This document shows positions 36,827 through 50,041 of a stretch of 64,000 nucleotides of DNA, piece by piece. Under the pieces are notes generated by a model. It had not been told where the DNA came from and did no database searches. It saw nothing but the letters and a program-made list of their open reading frames with translations. Origin of the DNA: Macrostomum lignano. Taxonomy: Eukaryota. The stretch spans positions 1 through 64,000 of the forward strand of contig NIVC01000469.1 of NCBI GenBank assembly GCA_002269645.1, written 5' to 3'. The translations under genes were made by a program, and so were the position numbers. The number at the start of each line of letters is the position of its first letter. Position 1 is the stretch's first letter.

Positions 36827-38056
36827 CACTCAGCAACATCGAAAAGTTTCCACCCTCGCGCCAGCCGCGTATATTTAGAGTTTCAAAACTGGTTTTTGTC
36901 GCCGCAGACTTGCATAGACGATTTGATAATTTCGTCAACACGCACTTGTGCCATAGACGTTTGATAATTTCGTCAACACGCACTTGGGCCATAGACAAAA
37001 ACTTGGGTCATAGACGCCAGACAGGTCGAAGGAAACAGTGTCACATGGAGCCAAAGAGTATTGAGGTCGCCATAGTATAGAGTGCCAATAAGGACGAAAA
37101 TCTGAAGCCGATTTTTAGAATCCACCCACCCCCTCCGGTCACCAAGCTTTTTAGTCTATGGCACAAGTTGTGGCTAGAATGGTGTACAAAGCCGATGCTC
37201 AGAAATATAAGATATTTCACACTTAGAAAATACATGTATCAAATAAGCAAGACAACATCGCTCAGTCACCAGACTCAGTTGCCGTCGTCGATACACAACT
37301 CCGTAACAGCCATGCCATATAGCCCTTACGTCTGAATAACAACAGCCTTGCCACTAAAGTGCGCGGTAGCTAATTGCAAAAACTGCGTTTCTGATGCATC
37401 TGTATTAATCTTAAGCATCGGCTTTGACACCATTCTAGCCACAACTTGTGTCATAGACTAAAAAGCTTGGTGACCGGAGGGGGTGGGTGGATTCTAAAAA
37501 TCGGTTTCAGATTTTCATCCTTATTGGCACTCTATACTAGGCGACCTCAATACTCTTTGCATGGAGCAGACAGCAGCAGCTTACAGGAGTCTAAAATCTA
37601 CGTTCGCAACCGAACGCAATGGTTTGCCAAATGACCGACCTGGATCGAACGAGCGCACGCCATTGGCATGCTGGACGCTGGGATGTCCATCCGAGCTGTT
37701 GCTCGCCAAATTGGGCGGTCGCACACAGCAATCCTAACTGCGCGAATCACTGTCTACTGCATGGCAATTGGCAACAACTATACTACCGCAAGATTTTCTG
37801 CGACGCCTGGTTCTCTGGGGATGCCCCGGAGAGTGAGCGCTCTGCTGCACGCACGTGGCTGCTATACGCGTTACTGACCCTGTTCTGGGCAAGTTGTCAC
37901 CCATGCTCGTGTACTTTGTTTCTTTGCTGTTCCTTTGCTTCGTTCGAATCCGGATTATATATTTGTCTATGGCGATCAAACCACGAATATCTCCACCCAC
38001 CAAAACGTTGACCCTTTGCGCGCTAGGGTGGACACTTTTCAATGTTGCGCTGAGTG
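36827..38056 (+). mobile_element. internally deleted Tc1/mariner element with a transposase HTH remnant
   Basis: TA TSD on both sides; ~38-bp imperfect TIR CACTCAGC..AACATCGAAAAGTTTCCACCCT; remnant TDLDR..AHAIGMLDAGMSIRAVARQIGRSHTAI at ~37633-37740. Confidence 0.8.
37052..37559. mobile_element. foldback MITE (hAT or P type) nested in the Tc1 relic
   Basis: ~150-bp inverted arms starting CAAAGAGTATTGAGGTCGCC; perfect 8-bp TSD CATGGAGC (37044-37051, 37560-37567). Confidence 0.88.
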
Positions 38057-38833
38057 TAAGTGCGTAGCGTCTTTCGCTTCAAGCCGGTGAAAAATAAAGA
38101 GCAGTCTGTGCTGATGATATTGACTTTTTATCGCTGCTATTTTTTACTTTTAAAAATTGCTTTAAAAACCGTTAGAACAATACATTAGAGATCTACAGAC
38201 AGAAAGTGAAAAATTTTGAGTTAGTTACATTTTGATTAATTTGGTGACACAACATTTTACCAAACACAAACGGAATGTAAGTTTAAACGTGCATGTATAC
38301 GTAGCTGTTAAAACTCTGAAATGAGGAGATGAATAGCCGAGAAGAACTTTAATTAAAATACGCTACACTAAAGAATTTTCAGCATTATATGTGAATAAGC
38401 TAACTTAAAACATTTCACCACGCATATTGCAATTAATGAGAGCATTTATAGCTGCATTGCATGTCAAGATCAATGTGAAAGTAGCATAGACTGGCCTTCT
38501 TTGGTACCAACCTTTCGTGGTACCAAAAATGTCTAGTTACCTCGCCAGAAAAGTCACATAAATGATATGCAGTCCACAGGCGACATGTACGTGAACAGAA
38601 AATTGTGCTTTAAACGTCTGCAACACTGCTAAAAATAGACGACGAGAAATACTCGCACAATCGTCAGTAGATCTAGCGAGTGAAGAACCAGGGTAGAAGT
38701 TTTTAGAAAGATTTCTTTATCGCACACTGAAAAATGCTTATAACGCTTCAGCGGATAGCTTGGAGGAGACGAAAGTGAATTCAGGTTGGTAAGAAGAAAT
38801 TGCAAGTGGTGCAATTCGAGGGACAGAACCGTC

Positions 38834-41271
38834 ATGTCTGAGCAAGACGGCTTGCTTTCTTCGCGCGCTAATGCGAGCTACTCAGCCACTGCTAGCCCAC
38901 ACTCCGGTGCTGCAGAAGCCGCCACGGTGACCTTCAACAGTGTGAGATATTCTCTGCTCATCCGACGCGGCCCGCCATGTTGCTTTCCTCCGGAGCGAAA
39001 GGAAATCCTGCTCGGAGTTAGCGGCGTGTTTCAGCCTGGCATGAACGCCGTGCTGGGGCCAACAGGTTCGGGTAAGTCCAGCCTCCTGGATGTCATCGCC
39101 GGACGAAAGAACCCGCAGAATCTGACTGGCACCATTCTGATCAATGGCGAGCCGCCGCCGAAGAATTTCAAATGCGTCAGCGGCTACGTTGTTCAAGAGG
39201 ACGTTGTCATGGGCACGCTGACAGTGCGCGAGAACCTGCTGTTCAGTGCGGCTCTCCGACTTCCGGCAAGTGTCAGCCGGTACGACCGAGGCAGACGCGT
39301 CGCGGAGCTGCTGGACCAGCTGGGACTGACCGGGGTAGCCGACAGCCGCATCGGGACGCAGCTGACTCGAGGCGTCTCTGGCGGCGAGCGTCGACGAACC
39401 AGCATCGGAATGGAGCTCATCGCCTCGCCTAAAGTGCTGTTTCTGGACGAGCCGACGACTGGTGAGAAAGATCGAGATGTTTTTTGGACTGCTGCTGGAT
39501 ATCTAGGATTTCTTAGAAAACCATTGTTGATATTCTTAGACTGCGAAAAGCCGATAAGGTCGCAATCTTCTGTCAAGCAGAACAAGCATACGCTCGTAGC
39601 CATATGAGATCGATGCTGTATCAAACCTAAGACACTCTTGTCGATATGCAAATGCAGAGTGCACATTGCGCTAACTACTCCTTCAACTAAAATTCCGTCG
39701 AAGCTTTTTGGCTTGCCGATTTTGATTGATTTAAACAACATTCCAAAGTCTTCTAATTCCGTATTATAAGAACTACCACGATTTAAACAACATTCCAAAG
39801 TCTTCTAATTCCGTATTATAAGAACTACCACTCATTATTTTCCTCTCTCGGCTCAGGTCTTGACGCCAGCACTGCCAACTCGGTGATGCGGATTCTAAGG
39901 AACATCTCGCGCCGAGGCACAACAATCATCTTCTCCATTCATCAGCCACGCTACGAAATTTTCAAGACATTCGACTCGCTGACTCTGCTGTCTAAAGGTC
40001 AGATTGTCTATCATGGTGACAGTGTCACTTCGCTTGACTATTTCCAGCGCCTCGGCTACGTCTGCGAGATGCACAACAACCCGCTTGATTTCTACATGGA
40101 CATCTTGAGTGGCGACGCGAGACCAACTGAAGTCGATTCAGCAGCGGTGAAGGTTAACTTTGATCATCAGGACAGTGTTCAAGGATGGCTTGTTGCGACG
40201 TATCAGGTAAAAATCAGAATGATTTTAAGTTGTTTTTGATGTTTACAACGCAACTATTGTATTCATATACGAGGTAAATTGCACCACGCGAGCACATACT
40301 CGCCTTTGCAGGGCTCCGAGGTGTGGCGCGACGTCAACGCTCGAATCGCTCCGGTTTTGGAGGCTTTCAGCAATCGCCAAATGCGGGGCTACCGACCGCA
40401 GTCGACAGCAAATAATCCGACTTACCAGACGTCGTTTTTCCGCCAGTTGGCCGTCGTGTCACAACGGGCAACAAAAAATCTGCTGCGGAACCCGCAAACG
40501 TCCATAGCCCAGCTAGTGCTCAACGTTCTGTTTAGCGTGCTTGTCGGCCTCATCTACCTGCAGATACCGGCTGACACGATTTCCGGCGTGCAGAATCGAG
40601 TGGGCGTGTTCTTCTTCACCACAATGAACATGGTCTTCGGCAACATGGGCGCTCTGGAGCTGTTTCTGCACGAGCGCACCATATTTGTCCACGAAAGCGT
40701 ATCTGGTTACTACCGCGTGTCCGTGTACTTTCTAGCTAAGGTGTTCTGCGACCTGATACCAATGCGACTTGTGCCTCTGATGCTGTACTCTCCTATCTCC
40801 TACTTCATGATCGGTTTGAATCCAAGGTTGGACAAGTTCTTTGTGTACTTTTTAAATCTGCTACTGGTTTCAATGGCCGGTTCGAGTTTGGCCTTCTTCC
40901 TTAGCGCCACAGTTTCGGTGTTCGCCATTGCTACCATCTTCCTGGCGCTGTCATTCGTCTTCATGATGGTGTTCGCAGGCCTGCTGGTGAATGTCTCAAC
41001 AATGGGAGAATGGCTGAGCTGGGCTAAGTACCTCAGCATCTTCCGGTACAGCATGAACGCGCTGAGCATCAACGAGATGAAGGATCTGCAATTCTGCAAC
41101 GAAACAGCTAACATCTGTTTCGATCTCGGCAACAAGTACTTAAGCGACCAGGGAATTCCATACGAAAACGAAATAGACTTGTGGATCAATGAAATTGCAC
41201 TGGGCGGCTTCATTTTTGGATTTCTGGTGCTAGCTTACGTCCAACTTCGTCGGTCCGGCAAGTTTAGGTAG
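38834..41271 (+). CDS. ABCG2: ABCG2-like (White family) ABC half transporter, ~645 aa
   Basis: join(38834-39461, 39857-40206, 40312-41271) = 1938 nt. Walker A GPTGSGKS, signature VSGGERRR, Walker B VLFLDEPTTGLD, H-loop SIHQP, then a six-TM domain with ESVSGYY. Confidence 0.93.
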
Positions 41272-43341
41272 AAATGCACATATTTAGGTCTACGAACTGG
41301 ACGGAGATGATGAGCATAATCGCATACTGAAATTCAGTTTTAATAATGCTTAGTAGCAATGGTGCTATAATTTTGCTCGAACATTGCGTAATTATGATTA
41401 TATCGTTTGTATCACCATCTATAAACAATATCAGTCATTGCTTCTACAGTGAAAGGATCCCTTACAATGAAATGCACTAGGCCCTATGATTTTTAATACC
41501 GATTTAAGTGTGTGTTTCCATATTATTCATCGTTGACTCACTGACTATTAAAACGTTGGGGCCTGGCAATTTGGCTCACTCCATTGACTACCAAAAATCC
41601 TGCCTTCAGACCATATCGTCATGTTTGCAATCTTGATTTGTCGAGTCGTATTCCAATAATTTCGAAAATATTTTTTTCATTAACGATCTCTGTACAAGTC
41701 AATCTGCTTTACATAGAGATAAACCGCCGTCCCAGGTCACAAAAAGTCGCTTAGCAACACTGCAGTTGCTTGAGAGAAGTCAGGGCTGTTTTATTTATTT
41801 AAATAATTGTCACACATTACCATATACGATTGACTGATTTAGCTTTACTGCTCTTTCAAAGTGCCATAGACAGCAGAATTGACTAGAAATCAGGCAACAA
41901 TAAATTTCATGACAAATAACGACAAAGACAAATTCTTTCACGGCAGCAATTGATTTACTAAGCTTCAGCTGCTACGCGATTTCAGCTTACGCAATTGCTG
42001 CCGAAAAAATCAGTTATCGTTTTATTGCGCGCCGTTATTTCAGGCTTAGTCAGCCTAAGACCCATGATAGACACCTTCACCTTTAGCATTATGTTGGAGC
42101 TTGCAAATTATTCTCAACGCAACTAGTTCACCTAATGCTTCGTGACCAGCTGAAGGTATTGGACCGTGAAGGACCTGGATGCCTGCTCGAATGCACACTA
42201 GGCTTGCAGGCGCATAAAGCTTTCCATATTTGTTTCTTCAAACCGAAATAAATTTTACAAAAAACTTATTATTCGATCTGTACGGAACTTTAAAATATTA
42301 TTCATTATCAGGAATTTGCTAATCTGTTAGGTAATTGTAGAGTTTACTTCCATTTTATATTCATTTGCAGCAGTAGGTCTACGCCCAACCCGAATAGGCA
42401 CAATCAACTGGGGATGTGATGTGATAAGAAAAGATGAAATTAGCAGGATTATAGGAGCAGAAGGAATAAGCAAAGTGTATTGAACATTTTTTTGCAATCA
42501 AGCTAAATCAAGCCAAAAAGTTACGAAAAAAATTAACACACTTTTGTTTTATCAAAATTCAATTTTAAGCATGTATTTGGTTTTGTACTTTTTCCAAGAA
42601 ATTAAAGTTCCAACTTATTGAAGTATATAATCTCGAGTCTGTGACAAAATTTCAAACGTCTGTGAACTACTAAACCAACCTGTCGTGTAATTGTAATCAA
42701 ATTGCAATGCTCTATATGATCTTAAAAATTAAGTATAATGATATATTTTTTAAACGGAGTATTTATAGACACGGCGGCCTCGTCTGAACTCTTGCAGTGT
42801 ATATAAATATGATAGGTATGGACCTAGGAACTATGTGTCTAAGTGTAGCGTTTTTTTAATTGTTTGTGTTCATGCCATTTCTCAGTCTCGACTCTCAGTC
42901 TCAGTCTACAGTTTTGCTAAGTTGCTATTTTGTCAATTCGATTTGTTGACTAGGAAACGCTAGTAACAAACTTTCCCATGTCAATATAGGCCTAGCCTAC
43001 TAGCCTAAACCCTAAGTAGCCTATGGACTAGGCCTATGGCTATGCTACTTTGTATAAATAGTATAACTAGGCTAACTAGCCTGTTATAGGCTGGGTTTTT
43101 TGGGCCATACGGGATTTTTGGCCCCCTTGAAAATCTCTGTGGCAACTGGATTTTTGGCATCAGAGGCCAATCTGGCAACTTCATTTTCCATATGCCAGTT
43201 GCCAATTTCAAAAAAAGATTTTTAAATGTAATAAAAGTGCCATATGAATCAATATGATGGAATTGTTAGTTTTTTATTGTTTGCAGGCCAGCTGGCAACT
43301 AGATTTCTAACATTAAGCCTAGGTTATAGCCATGGCATAGG

Positions 43342-44017
43342 CCATACTCAGGAAGATGGCCTGCACGCGGGAATTTTCCCGCATGCACAAGCCACGCTAA
43401 AATTTTGGCGTGCAAAGTTGACGTGCAAATAGGGGTCTCAAGCCACATCTAAATTTTCAGCGTACAAGTTTTTTACTTGGCGTATAACCTTGGTGTGCAA
43501 TTACAAACTGACAGTATATCAACAAGTCAGATATAGATGTATACACTATATATATACAATATATAAAGTTAAATGTGAACAATTGAATTTGAATATTGAT
43601 TAAACCAACTAGTTGAGGCTACAGCCTAGCCTACAGCCAGGCCTACACTCTACAGCCTACATTAAAATTAAAATATCCAATAACTTTTAAACGCTCTTAT
43701 TTTGTGACTCTTGTAGACTTTTAGTTTATTTGTTTCTTGAAATGTGAAGAAAAAGTTTTTGATACTCACTATGTTCTTTGTAGCAAATTTCCTTTTTTTA
43801 TATAAACTTTGTTTAATGTAAATAGAAAATTTATTTAAAAATAGTATCTAATACGGTATACACAATTTTCGGCATACATGATTTTTGGTATTCAAGATTT
43901 TTGGCATGCAACAGAAACGTCATGTTAAGGGTTTTAAAAATTGGCGTACATTGGCGTGCACCAAGGATTTTTCCATAAATTGATTCCCGCGTGCACTTGC
44001 CACCTTCCTGACTATAG
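43342..44017. mobile_element. non-autonomous DNA transposon, CCATAG-end family, copy 2
   Basis: TIR CCATACTCAGGAAGATGGC..GCACGCGGGAAT / ATTCCCGCGTGCAC..GCCACCTTCCTGACTATAG; 8-bp TSD GGCATAGG on both sides. Confidence 0.7.
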
Positions 44018-47000
44018 GGCATAGGTAGCACTCATCCTTCACTGAATATAAAAATAGAAATTATATGCATTGTTTATGAATTTGGTTACTTGACTAGGCC
44101 TATATACTGTTGACTAATGCATTTTAGCAATAAACCAAATATAATACATATAGTTGTCATTAGTTATTAGCTAGTTTCATTCCCCTTATTTCATTTGGGT
44201 TACACTAAATTTGTCAATATCTAATTTATCAATAGACCTCAAATTTAAGAAATTGAAAGATATCAAATATGTCAATAGTTAAAACAAGCTAAGCAAATTT
44301 GTCAACAACAAGACAGACTTACTATAAAGTTTATTCTTCAAATATAAAGCAATAACCATAAATTTCTATAATTCTATGAGCAAAATATTGCTAGACTTCA
44401 ACAAGACTTTATAAAATGCATATTCTAAATGCTATTGTGTAGACTTAATTCAAAATCTAACAAATTGGACAATCAATGCTATATACTTAATACTATATTC
44501 TATATAATTGAATATCTAAATGCAAGTATATCAAGAGCTAGTCTATGTACTGTATATGTTTGTGTGCTGCATATGCTTTATTACACTTTATTATATCTTT
44601 AGAGTGATGCAGGTGACTTAAATTCAAATTTTATTCCAAGTTTGTTTATCTCTTTAACCATTAACAAAGTTACAAAGGTTTTGTTTGAGTATGAATTCAG
44701 ATTTTAAAATGCATTCAAAATGTTTTCAAATCAATGTATGATTTATTATAGAAAAATTAAATATATAACTTAGTTTTCATTAAAATGTGACTTGGTTTTG
44801 TGAAGTACCCTAAAACAAAATAGAAAAATTTCATCATTTTTGCTAAATTTTGTCTAAAAGTAAAAATATTAAAGATTGTCTTCAATGTTGCAATTTACCC
44901 TTTGTTTACCTCATTTTATAGTAGCTAGATCAGTATGTCAATTAGCAATTACATATATATGAATGATTCATTGCCAAATTGTTATTACCAAAATGATCTA
45001 TTATCAAAATAAATTTTTATTAAATATAAAAGAAAACTCTACTAAGTATTTAGACCTATTAGAAGAAAAGTGAACAAAAGTATAATTTTCTACATTAAAA
45101 AATTATATACATTATTATACTTTAAAATTTTGCCAATATGAATATAATAGCCTATTAGGCCCTAATTAAATGTTAATTTACTATTGTAAAGTCAATATTG
45201 TTAAACATGTATAACATATTCCAACTGATCTTTATGTCAAAACTAGGCTTTTACTTTATTTTTCTTTATTATACTTTTCTTATCTATATTTTAGTATTGG
45301 TACTATTTATAAAATATTTTTCCAAGGTTAGATCAATTGGTCTATATCTATTCTATAGTATTGTTATAACCTGGGTCAGTCTGAATGCCTAGTCCTGGGC
45401 ACAATAGGTTATATATAATATAATAGATGTAGTGAAGCTCTGTCTAGTACTTAAATAGATACAAGCAGTCGTGAAAATGCTCTGCAATAGTAGGTTGCTC
45501 TATCTAGTATTGTGACACTCAAAGTTCATGCTACGGCTCAAGGTGTGGTAATACTCTCAAGTGCTTCTAGTTTTGATATTGTAGGTAGTACACACTATAT
45601 AAGGTAACCAGTATAATATTACATTTATTTGCAATATACAATGCTACTATACTACAGTGGTCACAGTCACAGGTGTGATGATGCTCTAGCTATGGAGAAT
45701 TGTATGAGCATTGTATAGTCATTGGCAAGGCCTCAGAAAAGCTTAAGAAATGGATGAACTTACCAGTTCTTACCAGTGCCAGAAGCTGTGAAGCTTGTTT
45801 GAATATCATTAATAGCCATACACTTTATTTGCTTACAATTGATTGAGTCCTCATAGTAAGAGACCATCTTTATAGCTCACTTGAGTATCACTAGTTTAAA
45901 ATGTAATAGTTTGGAGAGCTAGGCGTGGGTGCGGAGCAGGGCAATGCTGGCTGGGGCCAGGCAGGGTAGAGTGGCAAAGTGTGTGTGTGTGTGTGTGAGA
46001 GAGATGCAAACAAAAGAAGCAATCTCTCAGTAAATCAGCATGTCCACTAAGCAGATATGATTGAATGGGGGCTGGAGCAAAAATTATAACATCAAAAGTA
46101 CAATGTATTGAGGTAGTGAAATTTGATATGACAATTAAAACTTTGCTTATTATGCTTCTTTTGCTATTTATTGACTTTTTAAGTATGTTTAAAAATGGAA
46201 TATCAGTTCCAAACCTTATGAAAAAGAATTTTAAAAACTGTTAGAGTAAGTAAACTCCAAATAGGCCAAGAGCTTAAAAACAATAGAATAAAAAGTTTTT
46301 TGATTGCCATATAATAAACTAATTAAAATTTAATCTTCTTCTGCAGTTAAGAAATTTGCTTACCAAACCAAGTCAGAAATGTCAATATTGTAAAATTATT
46401 GATATAAATAACTATGAGGGGTTCGTAGGGAAAAAAGTTATAAATAAGAGAAAAAATAGAGCAAACCACTAAGAGGAATAGGAGAAAAAAGAAGTTTAGA
46501 TTGACATTTTTATAAGCAGCTATGATTGGCATTGGGAGGGAAAAGTCTAAGACTAGAAAGACTATTAAAAGAAAAGATTATTGAGCAGGCCCAGGTTTGC
46601 TAAATTTTCAATCATTTGATCTTGATACTTCAAATAAATTTAAACTCTATGAGTATTGATACCATTCTACTAGGTATCTTTTCAAAATCTAAATGTGTCA
46701 AATATAATAAAAAGTATAAATTTTAAAAGTATTTATATGCTTAGTATATATTTGAAAAACTTTATTTTATATTTAACTTTTTTATAGTATCAGCTTCTAT
46801 TCTGTTTATATTTTTTAATGATCATATTGCTAAATGTTTGAATCTAACTAGAATAAAATAAAAAGGCTATATATAAGATTATATTTGTAGTTTTTAAAAT
46901 AAATGTATTTGCTTGTTTTTTATTATTTGTAATATCTACTAGCCTATTGCTATCTATTTTAATTCTTGAAATATTGTATATATTTTTGCTCATGGGTAGA

Positions 47001-48324
47001 GTTGCTAAGATGCTAAGGCTAAAGTTCTATGGCTCATGGGAGATTGTTGAGATACAAAGACTTATGGGTGATTACTGAGATGCCTTGGCTCATAGAGATA
47101 ATTCTTGAGATGTCAAGGATCATGAGGGAATTTCTAAAATACTATGGCTCATGAGGAGTTGCTTAGATACTTTGAGCCAAAGCTCAGAGGTGATGCTGAT
47201 ATCTTAGACTAAATAGCTTGCATTTAGGGTTGATGCTTTTTAAACATTTTTTAAAGAAATCTACAATAATGATTGTTATACCCTAAATGTAGTTCAGTCA
47301 AACATTTTTATTTCTAACTTTGTTGCCTCCCAACTAGCAGATTGCTCTCACAATAAAATTTATGATGATCTATATCAAATAGTCAAAACCCACTTTAAAG
47401 GATATAGGAATCTTGTATTTGGAGTACTAGGCCTAGTCAAAGTATGAAGTTAGACTTGCCATTCTTGTCAACATCTGTAAAATTAGTTATAGCCAATATT
47501 ACTCTGGCTAGGGCAGAACTAGCAGCCATGGTTTTTTATCAAGATATGAGCTTAGGACTTTATGACATAAGCTTAGGACTTTGGGATATAAGCTTAGGAT
47601 TTAGGATATAAGCTAGGATTTAGGACTTTTAGGACTATCCAATTAAGATTCAAATGTAATGTACTTTGATACAGTTTTTGCATTAATATGGTAACTTTTT
47701 TCTACATCAAAATGTTTAATTGCTTTGATTTAGGTTATAGAAGTTTTATATTTCTACTGTAAGTAGCATAGTATGTCTATAAAAGTTCGTTTCTCTACAT
47801 GCATTTTTATTTGCTAATGGAATACATTTGTATGGCCTTGGGAAAATGGCGTTTTTTCTTGGCTATATTTTAAAATTGGGAGGATATTGAATGGACTGGG
47901 TTGATTTTATCAACACATTTGTTATGATCTTTTCTCAGTAAACTGTTGTCATTCACTGCCTACACTCGTTTGGGCTTCCTAACAATAGGTAATCTAAAGG
48001 CTCCAATCCAGTGGCCGAGCAGTTTTAACAAGTGGCTGTGCGTTGCAAATTTCCTGTGTGGGCGTTTCTAGAAAAACTTCATGAATTCCCTAATACGGTC
48101 TGGGGTTGCTTCGGTCCTCTTCTAGTGTTTGTGTGCGGTCTGAGGTGTCTGTCTGGCGCTGTCCTAATTTTCTCTTTCTCCCCTTTGCTAATCCTGCTCC
48201 CAGTTCCGTCAGCACTTGCTTTTGAACTTGCTTTCAGTGACAATAGTTGAACCATTTTATTTTTAACCAGTGCGTTTGGTCTGTCTTAGTGACTATGGAT
48301 CGTTATATGGCAAACAGTTATATT

Positions 48325-48590
48325 AAAATGGCACGAATTTTATATCAAAATGGCACGAATTTTATATCAAAATGGCACGAATTTTATATCAAAATGGCAC
48401 GAATTTTATATCAAAATGGCACGAATTTATATATCAAAATTGCACGAATTTTATATCAAAATGGCACGAATTTTATATCAAAATGGCACGAATTTTATAT
48501 CAAAATGGCACGAATTTTATATCAAAATGGCACGAATTTTATATCAAAATGGCACGAATTTTATATCAAAATTGCACGAATTATAAATCA
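48325..48590. repeat. 22-bp minisatellite (AAAATGGCACGAATTTTATATC)n
   Basis: Period of 22 (48325/48347). Confidence 0.95.
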
Positions 48591-50041
48591 AAATGGCAAT
48601 ATGTATCAATGGACAGATGCTTATAGAAATAGTAAAAAGTTTCTATGTCAAGATATGTCAATTGTCGAGATTCCATAGTTGGTACATCATAGTGACTCAA
48701 TACAAATTCCTACTATAGCGCTCAAAAAGCATGTCTTGTCAAAATGGCGCAGGCTCGCCGTGGTTTTATTGCTCTGGAGGGTTACACGGTCGGGGAAGAT
48801 TATAGCTGCGGTTGTACACACCGGTTGTGATCTGATTTACTTCTGATTCCGGATGCGATAGATTCCTGTCTGTCTGAGGCATCTCTTCATTCTCCCAATG
48901 GAAGGGGGCGGCTTAGAAAATCCCCAGTTTTCTGTAGATTGAAAAGAAAGCAAAAGCCGGGGGGGGGGCGGGAGAGAAAAGAATGAATAAAGAAGAAAAT
49001 TGCCAGCGATAATCCGTCAAATTCATGAAAGCAGAGCCTCTCTCTCTCGCTGGCTCTGCAGCCCTCCTAGGCCAGTCCTCCCAGCTCCCCTCCAGCCTGC
49101 TGCAGCCATCCCTTAGGGCTGCCGTCCTTGTACGCGCTTGGGCTGTACCAAACTCGCCCTTGCAGAGAGAGAGGGCTAGCCATCCTAGGCATACAGCCCC
49201 GCTCCCGGTCTTACTCTCCCTGGTTCTCTCCTCTCCCCACCTCCCCAAAAAGGCAGCTCAACCCCTGCCCCTCTAGCCTACCCGCCTCCCTCCCTCCCGC
49301 AGCCAAGTTCTCGTCAACTAATCCCCCCAAACGCCCCACGGGCTGTGAGGACGGGAGAGGGAAAGGAATCGCTATAGCATGAGCCAAGCCTGCCTATGCA
49401 GTTTATCGATCCTCGGCTGTCTCCCCCCTCCCAGCCTTCTCTCTCCCAATGCCGATCGTAGCTGTTTATAAAAATGTCAGTTTTTAGACTTCCCTTCCTC
49501 CTCTGTTTGCTCTAAAATTTATTTTCTCTTGTTTGTAACCTTTCTCTCTCTCTCTCTCTCTCTGACCCCCCAGTAGTCGGAATACAATAATAGTTTTGCG
49601 TGTCATAGTTATTTATATTTAACTATTCACTTGTTTTGGTAAGCAACTTTCTTAACTGCAGAAGAAGAAGATCAAATTTTGGTAAGTTCGCTGTTCCCCT
49701 AGTTGGAGTTTCAATCCACTTCTTTTGATGAATTTTTACTCCTTCTTCCTCCAACTTTTAGCTTAATTCCCTAGGCTGCAATTTCTTTCTCGCAGGGTTG
49801 GGTCTCGGGATAGAAGTTGAGTCGGCTTGATTGAGGTTCACTTTTGAGATAGCGGAGTGCAGAGTCAGACTCAAAAGAGGGAGAGACTTGAGGAACTGCT
49901 CGCTTTTGGCTTTTACTTTTCTCGCTGCCACCGAATCGATCTAATATGCCGTCTGTGCGTTGCATCGCTTCTAATAAAAGAGAATGTCTTTTGACTGAGG
50001 CTTTTGTTACTGCAGTCTTTCTGGCTTTTAAGTATGGGTTG

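Noticed and set aside
39731-39832. ~52-bp direct duplication in ABCG2 intron 1
   Set aside because: Ordinary local tandem duplication with no effect on splicing signals.
47565-47640. TTAGG-like repeats as an interstitial telomere
   Set aside because: Short, degenerate TTAGGA units with spacers; not a telomeric array.
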